Both the position numbers and the translations under genes were made by a program. Below the pieces are notes generated by a model. It did no database searches, was not told where the DNA came from, and worked only from the letters and a program-made list of their open reading frames with translations. From Rhynchopus sp. YZ270_cl-10 (lineage: Eukaryota): a stretch of DNA of 64,000 bases. The stretch is taken from the NCBI GenBank assembly GCA_964035575.1, contig OZ037833.1, positions 2,294,001-2,358,000 of the forward strand, written 5' to 3'. The stretch's first letter is position 1; each line of letters opens with the position of its first letter. Shown here in pieces: positions 24,301-36,566 of the stretch.

Positions 24301-26838
24301 GTTGTTACGGATGCGTTGTAACGGATGCGTTGTTACGGACGTGTGACAACGGATGCGTTGTTACGGACGTGTGACAACGGATGCGTTGTTATGGACGAGT
24401 TGTTACGGATGCGTTGTAACGGATGCGTCGTTACGGATGCGTTGTTATGGACGAGTTGTTACGGATGCGTTGTAACGGATGCGTTGTTACGGATGCGTTG
24501 TTACGGACGCGTTGTTATGGACGAGTTGTTACGGATGCGTTGTAACGGATGCGTTGTTACGGATGCGTTGTTACGGACGCGTTGTAACGGATGCGTTGTT
24601 ACGGATGCGTTGTTACGGATGCGTTGTTACGGATGCGTGGTTACGGACTCGTTGTTACGGATGCGTTGTTACGGATGCGTTGTTACGGATGCGTTGTTAC
24701 GGATGCGTTGTAACGGATGCGTTGTTACGGACGTGTGACAACGGATGCGTTGTTACGGATGCGTTGTAACGGATGAGTTGTAACGGATGAGTTGTTACGG
24801 ATGCGTTGTTACGGATGCGTTGTTACGGATGCGTTGTTACGGATGCGTTGTAACGGATGCGTTGTTACGGATGCGTTGTTACGGATGCGTTGTAACGGAT
24901 GCGTTGTTACGGATGCGTTGTTACGGATGCGTTGTAACGGATGCGTTGTTACGGACGTGTGACAACGGATGCGTTGTTACGGACGTGTGACAACGGATGC
25001 GTTGTTATGGACGAGTTGTTACGGATGCGTTGTAACGGATGCGTCGTTACGGATGCGTTGTTATGGATGCGTTGTTACGGATGCGTTGTTACGGACGCGT
25101 TGTTATGGACGAGTTGTTACGGATGCGTTGTTACGGACGCGTTGTAACGGATGCGTTGTTACGGATGAGTTGTAACGGATGCGTTGTTACGGATGCGTCG
25201 TTACGGATGCGTTGTTATGGATGCGTTGTTACGGATGCGTTGTTACGGACGCGTTGTTATGGACGAGTTGTTACGGATGCGTTGTTACGGATGCTTTGTT
25301 ACGGATGAGTTGTAACGGATGCGTTGTTACGGATGCGTCGTTACGGATGCGTTGTTATGGATGCGTTGTTACGGATGCGTTGTAACGGATGCGTTGTTAC
25401 GGATGCGTTGTTACGGACGCGTTGTTATGGACGAGTTGTTACGGATGCTTTGTTACGGATGAGTTGTAACGGATGCGTTGTTACGGATGCGTTGTTACGG
25501 ATGCGTCGTTACGGATGAGTTGTAACGGATGCGTTGTTACGGATGCGTTGTTACGGATGCGTCGTTACGGATGCGTTGTAACGGATGCGTTGTTACGGAT
25601 GCGTTGTAACGGATGCGTTGTTACGGATGCGTTGTAACGGATGCGTGGTTACGGACGCGTTGTAACGGATGCGTTGTTGCGGATGCGTTGTTACGGACGC
25701 GTTGTAACGGATGCGTTGTTGCGGATGCGTTGTTACGGACGCGTTGTAACGGATGCGTTGTGACGGATGCGTTGTAACGGACGCGTTGTTGCGGATGCGT
25801 TGTTACGGACGCGTTGTTACGGATGCGTTGTAACGGATGCGTTGTTGCGGATGCGTTGTTACGGATGCGTTGTTACGGACGCGTTGTAACGGATGCGTTG
25901 TTACGGACGCGTTGTAACGGATGCGTTGTTACGGATGCTTTGTTACGGATGCGTTGTAACGGATGCTTTGTTACGGACGCGTTGTAACGGATGCGTTGTT
26001 ACGGATGCGTTGTTACGGATGCGTTGTAACGGATGCGTTGTTACGGACTCGTTGTTACGGATGCGTTGTTACGGATGCGTTGTAACGGATGCGTTGTTAC
26101 GGATGCGTTGTTACGGATGCGTTGTAACGGATGCGTTGTAACGGATGCGTTGTTACGGACGCGTTGTTGCGGATGCGTTGTTACGGACTCGTTGTTACGG
26201 ATGCGTTGTTACGGATGCGTTGTTACGGATGCGTTGTAACGGATGCGTTGTAACGGATGCGTTGTTACGGACTCGTTGTAACGGATGCGTTGTTACGGAT
26301 GCGTTGTTACGGATGCGTTGTAACGGATGCGTTGTAACGGATGCGTTGTTACGGACGCGTTGTTGCGGATGCGTTGTTACGGACTCGTTGTTACGGATGC
26401 GTTGTTACGGATGCGTTGTTACGGATGCGTTGTAACGGATGCGTTGTAACGGATGCGTTGTAACGGATGCGTTGTAACGGATGCGTTGTTACGGACGCGT
26501 TGTTGCGGATGCGTTGTTACGGACTCGTTGTTACGGATGCGTTGTTACGGATGCGTTGTAACGGATGCGTTGTTACGGATGTGTTGTTACGGATGCGTTG
26601 TAACGGATGCGTTGTAACGGATGCGTTGTAACGGATGCGTTGTTACGGACGCGTTGTAACGGATGCGTTGTTACGGACGCGTTGTTACGGACGCGTTGTT
26701 GCGGATGCGTTGTTACGGATGCGTTGTTACGGATGCGTTGTAACGGATGCGTTGTTACGGACGCGTTGTAACGGATGCGTTGTAACGGATGCGTGGTTAC
26801 GGACGCGTTGTAACGGATGCGTTGTTACGGACGCGTTG
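21387..26838. repeat. 14-bp satellite (CGTTGTTACGGATG)n, about 390 units
   Basis: Uninterrupted 14-bp periodicity over about 5.45 kb. Recurrent variants include GTAAC, GGACG, GTGACAAC and TATGGACGAG. Confidence 0.99.
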
Positions 26839-27531
26839 AAACTGTTTTTGCACGATACAGATTTTGGCTAATTGACGTCAGGGACCTTTGCGTTTGGGAG
26901 GGTTTGTAAGGATTTGGGCTTTTTTGGGGGGTTTGAGAGGGTTACTAAGGGTGGGGCAGGGTATGCTACGGCGTGGCACGCTGTGGCACCTGTCAAGGAC
27001 CTGTGTCTTTTCATGTCGGTTCTCGGACCTCGTACTTTTTTGGGCTACATGCTTTATGTACTTTATGTACCACTTGTATGTAGTTATGTATTTTCCAAGT
27101 GGATCCGACTACCCGATGTTTTACATCATTTTCTTTTACTTTTAATCCTACCTTTTAGCGAAAAACACTCCCACCCTCCCCAATACAGAAATCTGTTTTT
27201 GTCCCCAGACTGCCCCCTGTTTTGGATACGGAGTGCCTTTTGTTTTAAATAAAAAGTAATTTATTGCTTTTATCTATTCAAAAAAGTATTTATTTCTCAA
27301 AAACCCCTTGTGTCAAGCACCTGTCAAGGACATGTCAAGTTTGGTCCCCTCCGGAATACCAAAAAAGAATCTAAATATTTAGATTCAGTTCAAAAATCTG
27401 AAAAAATGAGAAATCTAGACCGGGATACTAGGTCTACTCCCCCCCTTTACTCTGAGCACCGCACCTCAATATGTATTCCCCTTTATGTTTTATCACAGCA
27501 ATCCACATCGCACATGTTTTCTTTGAATTAA

Positions 27532-27933
27532 ATGAGCATCAGCCTCAACGAACCTGTTCCTGCAGACGCGTCCAAAGAGAGTCCAGTCAATAGAGAGGAA
27601 GATCTCCTCCAGCAGTTGACCAAGTTTTCGTGGGGCGCTGTGAAGCTGCGCTGTGCCACTCAGCTGGGAGCGACTGAGTCTCTGCTGGACAGTATCCGTG
27701 ACAGCGGTCTTGCGTCGAGGAAGAAAGCGCGCACCGAGGAGGTGCCTGTGGAGGATTGGAGTATCTGTTCCCGCGTCACACGTGAGGTTGAGTTATTGTC
27801 GATACTGTTGGAGGTACTTGAAGAGCAGCGTCACACTCACGAAGCCGAGTGTGACAAGCTGATACGTGATATCACCACAGTCAGAGCGGCAGCAGAGGAA
27901 GTGCACAAGACACTCTTGCACGCATTGACCTAA
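27532..27933 (+). CDS. Hypothetical coiled-coil-like protein
   Basis: 133-aa ATG-initiated ORF with coding-like composition and no recognised motif. Confidence 0.5.
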   Translation: MSISLNEPVPADASKESPVNREEDLLQQLTKFSWGAVKLRCATQLGATESLLDSIRDSGLASRKKARTEEVPVEDWSICSRVTREVELLSILLEVLEEQRHTHEAECDKLIRDITTVRAAAEEVHKTLLHALT

Positions 27934-27935
27934 CC

Positions 27936-29989
27936 ATGCCACCACCGATGCAGACACCACCACGTGCACCCGGGAGCACCATTGGTGGTACCATTGGAGG
28001 CCCTCTATTTTCACACTTCACACCAACGACTGTGGCGTATCCTGACGAGGACATGTCGCGACTACATCTGGAGGACAACCCTCACACACCAACGTCCACA
28101 AAATTTATTCACTCGGTGGTGAGGACATTTGATGTACTTCTTGCAGGGCCTGCTGGCAGGAAGTGGTATGAGCGGGGCGTGGCGTGCAGCCGTGCAGCAG
28201 ACCTGTGTGGTATTCTGCAGAGCCGCCTGGGGTTTCCTATCCCGGAAGTTCTTTACCAGGGACAGCTTTTCACCGAGAAGTTGTTCAGGACAGTTCCCAA
28301 CGAGCTGAAGCTAGAGCTCACTGCTTCGGCCCAGCCGCCACCACAATATGCAGGCGCCGCTTCAAATGCCCCAGCCAAGCGAGAGGTGACGTTGCTTGTC
28401 GAAGAAGCGCCCACACGCCTGACTGTCGAATGCTACAGTGTGAACGACTTGATGCAGAAGCTGAACAACGCAGGTGTATCCGGAGACGTCTTCCTCCGCA
28501 ACGTGACTGGCACAGGGGAGGAGATTCTGCAGCCTGTCACGAACCTTGAGAGCATCAAGTACGAACAGCCACTTAGAATACACCGGCGAGAGGGTGCCGC
28601 AACACACCAAGGTGCATCATCTTCTCGCGCCTACAGCAGAAGTAATGCAAGAGAGATTCCAAAGACACCAGTACCAGACAGGGACGCTATAAGCGTGCAG
28701 CACGTCGTTGTCGAGACCGGCAACCTTCTTCTTCAAAGTGAAGTCGTCAACCAGGCAGACGATGCGGCCATTGCAAAGGCGACAGCTACCATTGCACAGC
28801 AGTTCAAACAGATGTACACAACGACGTCCACGGCCAACTCCGGACGCGTGCCAAGCGACGAGGAGATGGTCTACCTGCGCAGGCTTGTGAGAGAGTACCT
28901 CCTTCCACTTGAAAGCGCTGCGCAGGCTGCGACACCCTCAGGTGTCACGGGGGGAAACAGCGTTTTTAAAAGCGTGACTTTCGGTGTGTCGGGTGCATTT
29001 CCCAGTGCAACCACTCAGTTTGCAACCAACGCTGTGTCAGTTGCACCACCACCCCGTCCTGAAGAAGGAAAGAGTATTGTGGTGATTGTCCATGCAGTCG
29101 CTGGAAACGACATCGACCTTCGCTGCACGCTTGGGTACGAAAACGAACATGGCAAAATCTTGGTGATCAACATGGACGAGTTCTACGTGAACGAATGGGT
29201 TGCCCTTGGGAAGACGTCCCCAACTTCGCTGTTTGTGTCCTTTCAGCCAGATGTGTTGCGCGCAGGTGTGCGATACTTACTAGATGTCACTGCTTTCAGT
29301 ACTGAGCAGCCTGGCGTCAAGGTAGGAACTTCACAAGTGGAGCTTGTTGTGCACCCTGCCGGTTCAAGAGCAGAACCCAATGATTTTGGCGGCCCTTCTA
29401 CCTTGACGCACACACGAGGCGGCGCAGCTTCACTGGAACCTGCCTACGCGCCTGCAGTGCCGCCAGCAGCACGCAGCCTCGAAGGTTCGCACGAAGAGGT
29501 GGATGACGGATATTTCCAGTCGCAGGTGCGCGCGTTCCTTGAGAACAAGGTTCTCCCGCTCTATTCTCTCTCCACCAACCCAAGGTATATGCCACGTAGT
29601 GTAAGTGCCTGCCCAGAGGCGTTTGTACTATCAACTTCACCTTTTTTATTCCCCCTCCTGCGCAGCTGAGGCTGTGCGATAACGAACGTGATAGGGTGAC
29701 ACAGGCTTAGTTCACCTTGCCAGCTTTTCTTTCTTTTTCTTTTTTCATATTTTTGTTGACTGCAGCACACTCCTTTCATCCGGGGCTGGCATCGTACGTG
29801 GGTCAGTCAGGGGTACTTGCATTAATAACTATCCTCTCTTTTTTTTTATACAGGTTCTCCGAAGACACCTTTATCGACATGGTGGAGAAGGCGTGCGACG
29901 ATTTTTGGTACGCAGATCCAAACCAAGAACTTACTGAGGCGCACAAGAAGACTTTGCTCAGTCGAGTGAAAGAGGTTCTTCTGAAGTGA
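27936..29989 (+). CDS. Hypothetical protein, 2 exons
   Basis: Exon 1 27936-29584, GT-AG intron, exon 2 29854-29989. Splices in frame as ...STNPR/FSEDTFIDMVEKACDDFW.... Confidence 0.75.
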
Positions 29990-30018
29990 GCCTCACATGA
30001 GGCATCTTGGTCCACATA

Positions 30019-30982
30019 AAGGGGGAGTAGACCTATTATTACACCTTAAAAAAAATTTTTTTCCTGAAAAATCCCAAAAAAGTTTAACTTTTGAAAAGTT
30101 TAATTACCTATTATTACAGTGCTATTTAAGCGCTATTTAACCACTATTACACCTATTCCACCTATTACCCCCTATTCCACCCTTACCGCCCCCACATAGT
30201 CAATAGTCCTGTCAGGATTACAAGACAAAATCATTCCAACTTTTAAAACATGTCTGGCTCTGACTCTCCTGTGATTGTGTCTGCACCACCTAAACCAGAA
30301 CCTCAATACGTGGATCTGGATGAGTCTCTGGATGAGTCTCTGGATGTGGATGTGGAGATGGAAGATGAGCCGATCCCTGTCGTTGACCTCGATCACGATG
30401 TGATAGAGCCTTTGGAGATCGACAGCGACAACGAGCTCAGTTGTATCCTTGATGCAATTTAGTTTTGCTAATCCTTACCACTCCCTCTTGAGCGTGGTAT
30501 GCAAAGATCTGAAAAGAAACCAACAGGTACCCACGAACATGTGGCAACAAACACAACCAGCACAACGCAACCGATCTGTACGCAACGAAAGGAACCCAAG
30601 CAAGGCTACGAGGTTACCAAACGCAAAAAAGGAACCCAAGCAAGGGAACGAGTGGTTACCAAACGCAGCCCACCTTCGGTGGGCTGCTCAAACTCGTCCC
30701 CATGGGCAAACCCCTTTGTGTCTTTGCGTTACACACAACGCTCTGCACATGCTATGCAGGCGTTAACCACAACGTGTGGTTGCCAAACGCATGCCGTGTG
30801 TGGCCCACGCATGGTTCTCACACCGCCAACCCACCCTACCACCTTAGGGTCACACCTATTATTACAGTTAAACTTAAAATTTTTTAAACTTTCAAAAGTT
30901 AAACTTTAAATAAAAGGCCAAAAACGGTGACCTATTATTACGGAATAATAGGTCTACTGTAATAATAGGTCTACCCCCCCTT
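30019..30982. mobile_element. Non-autonomous TIR element flanked by TA
   Basis: AAGGGGGAGTAGACCTATTATTA ... TAATAATAGGTCTACCCCCCCTT. Subterminal ACCTATTATTAC repeats and an inverted AAAAGTTTAACTTTTGAAAAGTTTAA block. Internal 70-aa acidic ORF at 30250-30462. Confidence 0.85.
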
Positions 30983-31427
30983 TAGACAGTTCACAAACAT
31001 TAGATGTTGTTTTTATAGATGTGTGCACAGGGCCAAATTCGTTTTTTTTTTCTCTCCTTTCTTGTGCTTTCATCCGGATGGCTGGCATCGTGCGGTGGGT
31101 CAGTTGGTGCCTGCAGCAACAACCTATTTTATTTTTTCTTATTTACTCTTCCCCATATCCCTCACTTTCGTTCTGTTCCTGTAGATCGTTTTTTTAAGTG
31201 TTTACCCCGTTAATATGTTGATATGTGCATCCACTCTTATTTTCGTTCTTCTTCCCACCCTACTGAATCCAAAGCCACAACTCCAGAACCAAGACTCTCA
31301 TACACAGATCAGGGCTAGCAAAACTAGGAGAGTAAACGCAGAGAGTTTGGAAGTTGGGGGCTGAGTGGGAAGGGGGGTGGGGGAGAGAGAGGGGTACTGA
31401 AGGGTGGTGTCCACTGAGCTAGGCAAA

Positions 31428-34400
31428 ATGGCAGAGAAGGAAAAACTCAACTTTGCGATAGGGTCAAAGACCTACCAATATTCAGGTATGTTGGTTTGAG
31501 GGGCGGTTGTGAGACTTCTCCACCCCAACACTGCCGCAGGCTACAAAGACAAGAGAGAGCAGGACTTCTTCGAGATGTTCATCAAAACAAACTCAAAAGA
31601 CAGTGTTACGGTATGTCGCAGACACCCCCTGGGGTGTGCGTGTTTTGCCTCACCCCTCACCCATGTCTGCTGTCTTGGGGGGTCGCGGAATATAAGAAAA
31701 TATTTTTGCTTTTCTGGGATTATTCCTACTTTTGTCCACTCGCCTCGGCAAGGGGTTGGCTTTGAAACACAACAGGGTATTTTTTTTTTTGGTTGCTTTG
31801 CCAGTTTTTTAGCCTCATCCTCAAGACACAAAACTTAGCGCCAATTAGTTTGCGCTTTTCAATGCTGAAAAAAAGCAAAAGAACGTTACTACCGTTAATC
31901 TGTATACCCCGTACCCTACCTCACTACCTCATCACTGTTGCACAGAAAAGCGACCTCTTGGCGTGCTATAAGCAAAACTTCGATGAAGTTGACAAAGGAG
32001 AGGATGAGCTGTGGGATGAGTACGAACTGGAGGTATTGAAGCAGAAGGAGCGAAAGCAGAAGAAAGCACAGAAGACTGCAAGGCGAGAAGCAGAAGAGGA
32101 CCCGCCGGAGAAGGAGGACAAGAAGGAGAAGAAGGACAAAAAGGATAAGAAGGATAAGAAAGAGAAAAAGGACAAGAAGGAGAAGAAGGCTGCGGAGGAG
32201 GAAGGCAGCCGCAGCCGGAGGAAGGACGGCGACCGAAGCGACCGGGACACCGACCGACGTCGTCGGCGTGAATCTGAGTCTGGCGGCGAAACTCCTGTTG
32301 GCAGCGCCCGTGCAGCCGTCGCATACTCCCCTGAACGACAGGACGCAATCGAATCTTTCATTTACGGCGTGCTCAACAACGTATTGTCCACCTCACCTCA
32401 CCCCACCCAGTTTTGTTTTCCAAACGCTTTTGGTTTCACGATTGTTGGGTTAAATTTACACGAGGTTCAGACATTTCTTGGAAGAGACCATGTGGTATTT
32501 AATATAATGGAAAGACAAGGAGACAATCAGTATTGTATTTGCAACAACCCCAACAACTGCACAGGAAGAACCTGAGTACCACCCACCGACCTCATACGAC
32601 CCGCAACCCCGTGACAGTGTGGACACCACGCCCCGTCCATCGAACTCCAGTCCCCGCCCCTCTACAGATGACAAGGTATGTTCTGTCACCTTATTTTACT
32701 CTGATTGTGTCTATTCATTTTTATTTGCCGTTCGTATTGCACAAATACAAAACCGTTATAGTGGAGTTCATCCTCGGGTGTCAACACTAATACAACCGAG
32801 TTTTCACAAACTGCATTATTGTTGCTAGCTGTACTTTGTCATTTTTTGCCCCATTGTACAGGGAACAAGTTTGGTGCATATCAAGCTGGCAATGGAAGGG
32901 TCCGACGTGCTCAAGCAGCTGTCTGTCGCGCGTGACATAAAGTTTGTGGATATAATAGCAGAGGTAGAGAAGAAGTGCGACATGAAGCTGGTATGGATAC
33001 ACACCCACTGAATTTTCTTTGCATGATGTGGCTAGAAAAATGCAGTCTATTTTGTGTAGTTCTTGTGTGGCACTAAGTACCGGTATTAGGTTATTTCCAG
33101 CCACACCATAGAAGGGCATTTCTGTCTCAGAAGGGAATAAAATGAACACAACAGCGGCATATTTCAAATGAGTAATCACCTGGATTTATTTCCCTCCCAC
33201 CCTTCTTGCAGGTTTTGAGCGTTTTTTTTTTTTTAAATTTCCCCTGCAGTTTTTATTTCCACCGTACTCCACATTTCACATTTCACATTTCACACTTGAC
33301 TCACTCAACCCCTTCCCTTAGGTGATATCATATGAAGACGAAGAAGGGGATAAGGTCGAAGTCGATGATGATGACACGCTGCAGATGTTCTTCGAAACAC
33401 AGCTCGCAGACGGGAAGAAGAAGTTGAAACTGTTGTGCAGCAAAGAGAAGAAGCCTGTTGATGACCTGCTTACGGAGCAGGTCACCATGGCACAGGCACG
33501 TACAAACGAAGAAAAGGAAGAAAAGAAGGAGAAGGATGCGTCCACCAAGCCAAAGGAAGTGCGCACCTTCGAAGGCCACGCTGGGGCAGTGTACAGCTGC
33601 TGCTTCAACCCAACAGGCGAGAAGATTCTTTCGGCCTCGCGAGACAAGACACTGCGTATCTGGAATGCTGCTGATGGGTCTGTGAAACAGACTTTCAAAG
33701 GTCATACCGGGTTTGTCCTTTCCTGCGACTACTCACCCAACGACAATCACATTGTGTCATCTGATGCGGAAACATTCTGCAAAATCTGGGACGTCCGCAG
33801 TGGAAAGCGCATCGTGAACCTGAAGGGCCACACAGACAAAGTGTACTCAGTGAAGTACTCCCCGCAAGGGATGCACATAGCTTCAGCATCGTGCGACTAC
33901 ACATGCAAGGTCTGGAACGCAGAGACTGGGGGCAAGGTATCCACCCTTAAGGGACACGAGCTGGCTGTGTTCTCCTGCGGCTTCTCAGAGGACAGCCGTC
34001 ATATTGTCTCAGCAGCAGACGACCACACAGTTAAGGTATATTTTTGTTTTCGACTGAGATGCGTTATAGTTTCAACTCCGCTGTTTTCCCCAAGAAGGGA
34101 CACCTGCGTCGAACTCTCAAGAGTTGCTCTCCCGCTTTTTCATATCCGTTTGTTTTACACGAGCTTTATTTCACTTAGTTAGATACCAAAAATTAAAATG
34201 TAAATGTAAAAAAAAAACGAACAAAACAAACAGGTCTGGGATTGGCGCGAGGGGAGAGAAATCTGCACATTCAAGGGACACAAGGCCACAGTGTGGTCTG
34301 TGTGCTTCAGTCCTTGCGACAGATACGTGTTGTCGGCGTCTATGGCAAACGAAATCAAGGTATTATTCCGTCCCCGTCAGCCCCCTTTTTGCACATCAAA

Positions 34401-36566
34401 AGTTATTGACAAATACCAAGTAAAAAGCGTGTGAACCCTCACTAAACAGTGCACACCTCAATAATGAGTGAACCATCTTCAGGTTGCACAGTGTTTTCAC
34501 AATGTTTTTGCCGTACAGCCGGCACCGATACCAATCGTGATCTAGGTGAGTAAGCACGCGAGGCTTAGGCTCATATTGCAATTTTTTTCTTTCTCTTTTT
34601 TGCCGATGGACAACTCCTTGTTTCCCCCTCCTGTATGCGTTTACCCGTCTTGTCAACAGATCTGGGATGTTGCGGCACGGAAGGAGATCAAGAGCTTCAA
34701 GGGACACAACAGCCCTATCCACCACGCCATTTACGCCAAGAACGGGAAGTACATTGTTTCGTGTGCGAGGGACTGGACGCTTATGGTATGTGCATTTTGC
34801 AAATCTGCTGAGTGTTTATTTATTTACAGAGTCTCTTTATTCATCGCAATCGATGAAAATACCCCTTTTTAATCTACTTGTTAAATAAAGTTACAGTAGG
34901 GCTCTGTTGGAAAAGGGCAATTTTATTTTGTCGAATAATTTGTCCACACTGTGTTTGAGTCAGAGGCTTACAGTACGGCCTCTATTTCGTGAATTCCTAA
35001 TTCGTGAATTCGGTAAAATCCGGAAAAAAATAAATAATTCATTCACGAATTAGGAATTCATGAATTAGGTGTTCACGAATTAAGAATACCTACTATACAG
35101 TACTACAGTAAACACTCTAATTAATACTCTACACGACCCTCCTTTCACACCCATTAGCCCGTACAACCCACCCAGAACACCCCCAGAAACATTTCAACCA
35201 CTTGTAATACAATGGATATCAGTCAGCAGATGCAGGTTGTTGCTGAGAAGCAGGAGGAGGAGAGGACGGACCTCGCGGTGATCGAGATCGGCACCACCAC
35301 CAAGAAGAACACGCTCCTCTCTGATGAGGAGATCCAGCAGCTGACGGACGCTGCTATGGTGGCGGGGGTTATGCAGATCGAAGTCGTTCGTCGTTGGAAC
35401 CAAGAGCATCCTGACAAAACGGTCTCCGCAGCCGTCCTCACGAAGTACGTCACACACATGAAAAATACGGGGGAGTACTTCACTCGTTCCAAACGTGGCC
35501 CGAAGTCTCTTCTCACGAATGACGAGGAGGATCGGCTGGTCCGCTTGACGCTGATGACCAGGTCACTAGGGTGACCTGGTCATCAGCGTCTTCCATACAA
35601 TCAGGCCTCCCATACAAACCTCAACAAACAGTACCATGTCAAAAAAATTTTTCGGCTCCGCCGGAAAAAATAATTACTGGGGGGGGGGGGGCTAATAAAG
35701 TATACGGTGCTAATAAAGTATACGGGGGTAATAAAGTATACGGTGCGGAAACCCATTTTGAGCGTGTAAATCTGTGAAATAAAGTATACGGTTTTTGTGT
35801 ACATTTTTCTACTAAAAAAATTTTACAGCAATTTTTGCACAAAAATCGGAATTTTTTTTTTTGATTTCGGTGGTCCGGATTCTGTGCGTGCTGTGATGGG
35901 GTCACTTTGAGCTGAGAAATGAGTATTTTTGACCTAAAACGCGTGTATCAGTTTTTACACGATTGGTGCTGACGGGGTTCAGATTTGTGAAAATTTAAGT
36001 CACCAAAAAATTGTTCATTTTTCCACATTGACCCCACCACTGGCTGGGATTGTCCCAAAAATGCCAATGGTGGTGTTTTCGCGAGGTTTCGGCCACTAGA
36101 AACCCCAAAATAACAGTGATTTTTTTTTTTTTTTTTCCTTTTTCGTTTTTTGGCCATTTAAGCAGTAATTCCCGCCGAATAAAGTATACGTATACTTTAA
36201 TAGCTCCCCCCCAGTAATTATTTACGAAACATTTCTCCCAAAAAATTTTAATTCACGATTCACGAATTAGGAATTCACGAATTGGGAATTCACGAATTAG
36301 ATGCTTATTAATTAGAGTGTTTACTGTAGGTAGGCATCTTATAAACTATTCTTTCTTTTCTCTCTATCATGCCATCTCGTCACGTCCCCATTCCTCATTA
36401 CTCATTCCTCACGCAGATTCGCGACAGCGAAGAAGGAAAGCTCCAAGAAACCCTCCCAGGTCATCACAGTACAGTGTATCACGTAGCCTGCAGCGGAAAG
36501 CAGCTTGTATCCTGCAGTCTCGATGACACTCTCAAGCTCTGGGATTTCCCAGAGAGACTGAAGTAG
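31428..36566 (+). CDS. PB1-domain plus WD40-repeat protein, 9 exons
   Basis: Exons 31428-31485, 31540-31610, 31946-32380, 32565-32675, 32862-32990, 33322-34035, 34234-34359, 34660-34785, 36417-36566, all GT-AG and in frame. PB1 OPCA motif ISYEDEEGDKV and seven GH...WD repeats. Confidence 0.85.
34971..35095. mobile_element. Small degenerate Tc1/mariner-type MITE in a WD40 intron
   Basis: Starts TA-CAGTA, carries inverted TTCGTGAATTCCTAATTCGTGAA blocks and ends TACTA-TA. Confidence 0.6.
35106..36326 (+). mobile_element. pogo/Tc1-like deleted element with 21-bp TIRs and TA TSD
   Basis: TA-CAGTAAACACTCTAATTAATA ... TATTAATTAGAGTGTTTACTG-TA. Truncated ORF 35212-35574 contains KRGPKSLLTNDEEDRLV, resembling the N-terminal HTH region of pogo-type transposases. 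Confidence 0.85.
35677..36214. mobile_element. Nested MITE with TA TSD
   Basis: TA-CTGGGGGGG..GCTAATAAAGTATACG ... CGTATACTTTAATAGCTCCCCCCCAG-TA, with AATAAAGTATACG subterminal repeats. Confidence 0.8.

Noticed and set aside
21387..26838. Cys/Arg-rich ORFs (MRCYGCVVTDALL)n
   Set aside because: They are translations of the 14-bp satellite in all frames, broken by TAA variants at arbitrary points.
16819..26838. CRISPR array
   Set aside because: Units are directly adjacent with no unique spacers, there are no cas genes, and the context is eukaryotic.
21387..26838. Telomeric repeat
   Set aside because: Internal position with genes on both sides and no TTAGGG-like unit.
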